Positions 61,255-64,000 of a stretch of 64,000 nucleotides of DNA are shown here, in pieces. Origin of the DNA: Catajapyx aquilonaris (taxonomy: Eukaryota). The notes under the pieces are model-generated. The model did not search any database, was not told the origin of the DNA, and worked only from the letters and a program-made list of their open reading frames with translations. The position numbers were made by a program, and so were the translations under genes. Location of the stretch: the NCBI GenBank assembly GCA_000934665.2, contig JYFJ02001517.1, forward strand, positions 1-64,000, written 5' to 3'. The first letter of the stretch is position 1; each line of letters begins with the position of its first letter.

Positions 61255-64000
61255 TTAATAATAATAACTTAATAATAATTCTCTATTTAGTTTGTTTCCT
61301 ATACACACATTTGATCAAGTAGCCTACGAAGGTTTGCAAGCTACTGGCGTCCGACTCTATTGCATCTAAATTCAGAATTTCATTAGCGAATATTCACAGA
61401 TGCAGCACGTAATGAAGTATAAAAAGTGCAATAAAATGCAATAATTGCTCAAATCACCTTGTGAAACTTGACCTTGTAATAAATGTTCTTCAAGAGCATT
61501 ACTGTAGGCTACAGCTCGATGAGATGATGACTTCGTTTATTAGGGTTTCTTATTGTTCCAGTATACAGTAGTATGCAAAAGAAATGGAGTAAGTGCGTCT
61601 TATTCAAGAACGTAGCAGCGAATTGTCAATTTATTAAAATCAGCGCTTATAAGTTATAAATTTTCCATTCACGGAAGCCCCTATGAGAAAATTAGTCTCA
61701 GATTACAATAAAGGGATGAATGTAATACTTGAACAGTGGGACACTTACTTCACATAAGAAGTTTCTGGAGTCTGAAGCACGTTTAGTCGCGAACATTGTA
61801 TTTGTAGCACTGCATTTAAAAGCTGAAGGACGACAAATGGCAAGAAAACGCCTGGCAAATAGGCCTATGGCATATTGCGCAACTTGATCATGAAAAACCT
61901 GCTACTATGAGTAGAAAAATGAGGCACGCAAGGCTTATGGCAACGCTTAATGGACAAAATTACACCACGTGACGCATGAGACGTTATAGGGATACTCGAG
62001 GCATTACCATAACGATATGCAAAAAAACGACATTAAAAAATAATGCTCTTTTACCCTCTGGGGCCTCTGCGGCCAATAACATCGCGGTAAAAAATGAGTG
62101 TGCAATTTATTGCATGACATGGTTAAGAAGATATGTACTTCATTAATAGCGTGCGGTATGTAGTAACAAGTACCTTAATCGTTTGAGTTATATTCGTGTT
62201 AAGTTTAAAATATTACGTAACACTTGATTACACCAGGAGAAAATAATACTGTAAAAAACTAGATGTTACGAACAATATAAAGTATATGCAGTATCTTCAA
62301 AGGTTATGTTTACTTGATATTTTTATTTCATTTTTTGTTTGTTTCCCAAGTCGAGTTTTCTTTGGCAGAACGACCGTATAATAGTAGGCTAGACTAATTA
62401 ATAATAATTGGCTACCCCTTGAGAAGCCTATACTTCTGGGGCCTTTTATAGGGTATCTCCTTTCCAGCACCAGACTTTACTCATTGCCTTCGCTGCTGAT
62501 GGATTTTGATTGTAAGGTGGATAACCTCGATAGATGTGAGAACAACCATAATTATGTAATAGCAGGATAGTGATTTGAAGATGGGCTAACATTGACGATG
62601 ATTAATTTTGACACTGTTTTACAATCAATTTCACGTTAATATCACCATTTTAATTGTAATATATTATATTTCAATTTCATTTACGTGGTAACAAGTAATA
62701 CCGGTACCGGTACCGTGATAAAATTACATTTGATTATTTATATTTTAATCATTGAGCATACATGTTCAAATACGATTGAATTATTTGATTATATTATTAG
62801 CCAACGATTTGTCAATGACCAAGAGTGGTGAATTAATAACTTAGTTTTAATATCATTGTTAGGATGGTTTGGGCTATCACCTGTACTTTGTATTATGCTA
62901 GGCACCTTTTTGGATTATGTGAAAAGTTAACCTACGATTTGTTTTAGCTGTGTTTCATTGTGAGCAAATGTAGACTACTTTCGGTCCATCTTTATCTCAT
63001 TATTGATGTGTACTTAGGCGTTTTAAACCTAATCTTGTTCCACTCAAAAATTGCCATTCCTGTGGTGCTGGACCTTATAGTCGATTTTTTTTTGTGTTAA
63101 ATAAATGTTTTGATAATAAGAATCTTCTGCTGCTGTGGCATTTCCATTAGTTGCATTGAATATTTGAATTACCAATGAATCAGTAACTTGCGGCTTGTAC
63201 AGCAGCAGCAACAATATTATTCGCAGTACATGAATATATTGTGAACTTGTCACGCATCTGACATAACTTCTTGGCATCATTTTCTGCGGGTCACCGGATG
63301 TTCAAACAAAATGCAGGTATTAAAAACCAGTTTGTGGAGATTTGCATTACGTTACCCTGAGCTCTACATTGTTTGACCGCCACACTGAAGTGTCATGCTT
63401 CCCACAGTCACTGCACTTCACAACATTATCAGCTCTAATACATAAGCTACATAATATTATGTAGAAGTCTTTATCTTACTTACATGGTTTAATGATACCT
63501 CAATGTTCCTAGTGCACTCTGAGCAACTGATTCGCTGTGACTAAAAATAATATATTCCAAAGTGCATGCCTCAGAGGCGGATAATTTTGTAGAACCACAG
63601 GTTCACGTGGGAGAAAAACAAGAGTTTAATGTAAACCTTGAATGGCTATGAGCATATTTGCGCAACATGGGGTTTTCCAGCGATCGCTTCTTTGTTGTAC
63701 AGGCTGGCTGGTTACTTTTAAAAAATACTTGAAATTGAAAATGCTGTTTTTTCTCTTCTTTTATCTAATTTAATCAGGACAATGCTCTTATTGGGACACT
63801 TTCATCACTAATATATTGTTTAGCAGCAATCGTAGCGGAAGAATCTCAAGACTCATTTGCATATCTCATTGTATTATTTCTTTCGTGTGACAGCGGCACT
63901 TTGGCTCAAGAAACAATAGTTGCTTTACAGGCTGTGGTGTAATAAGCGGATGATATAACTTAATTAATTTTTATGGCACATGTACAAAGTTTACATTTAG

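Noticed and set aside
63044..63280. 78-aa ORF with a short hydrophobic run
   Set aside because: There is no recognisable homology, splice partner or coding signal in this AT-rich intergenic DNA.

Overview
Eukaryotic (arthropod-like) genomic DNA with GT-AG introns; no prokaryotic features, CRISPR arrays or rRNA were seen. Exons were reconstructed by hand with splice-phase checks. From left to right: the 5' part of an unidentified type II membrane protein gene (-, runs off the left edge); a complete miRNA-class Argonaute-1 gene (-, 13 coding exons, 886 aa, DEDH tetrad intact); divergently from it, mRpL53 (+, 3 exons, 140 aa), followed 8 nt after its stop by a 61-aa single-TM microprotein ORF that apparently shares the same mRNA; eyes shut/eys (-, 16 exons, 1497 aa) lying tail-to-tail with that unit; TUBGCP5 (-, 16 exons, 947 aa); and a GMC oxidoreductase (-, 9 exons, 649 aa, one GC-AG intron). 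Introns hold a tRNA-derived SINE with a 14-bp TSD, several MITEs and foldbacks. The most interesting signals are: (1) the mRpL53-microprotein dicistronic arrangement head-to-head with Ago1; (2) a candidate 105-nt in-frame cassette exon landing in the Ago1 C-terminal phospho-cluster loop; (3) an Ago1 3'UTR intron whose splicing keeps the frame open for 69 codons past the TGA (possible AGO1x-like readthrough); (4) a candidate alternative Ago1 first coding micro-exon; and (5) near-perfect hairpins in and downstream of Ago1. All isoform claims are inferences needing RNA evidence.
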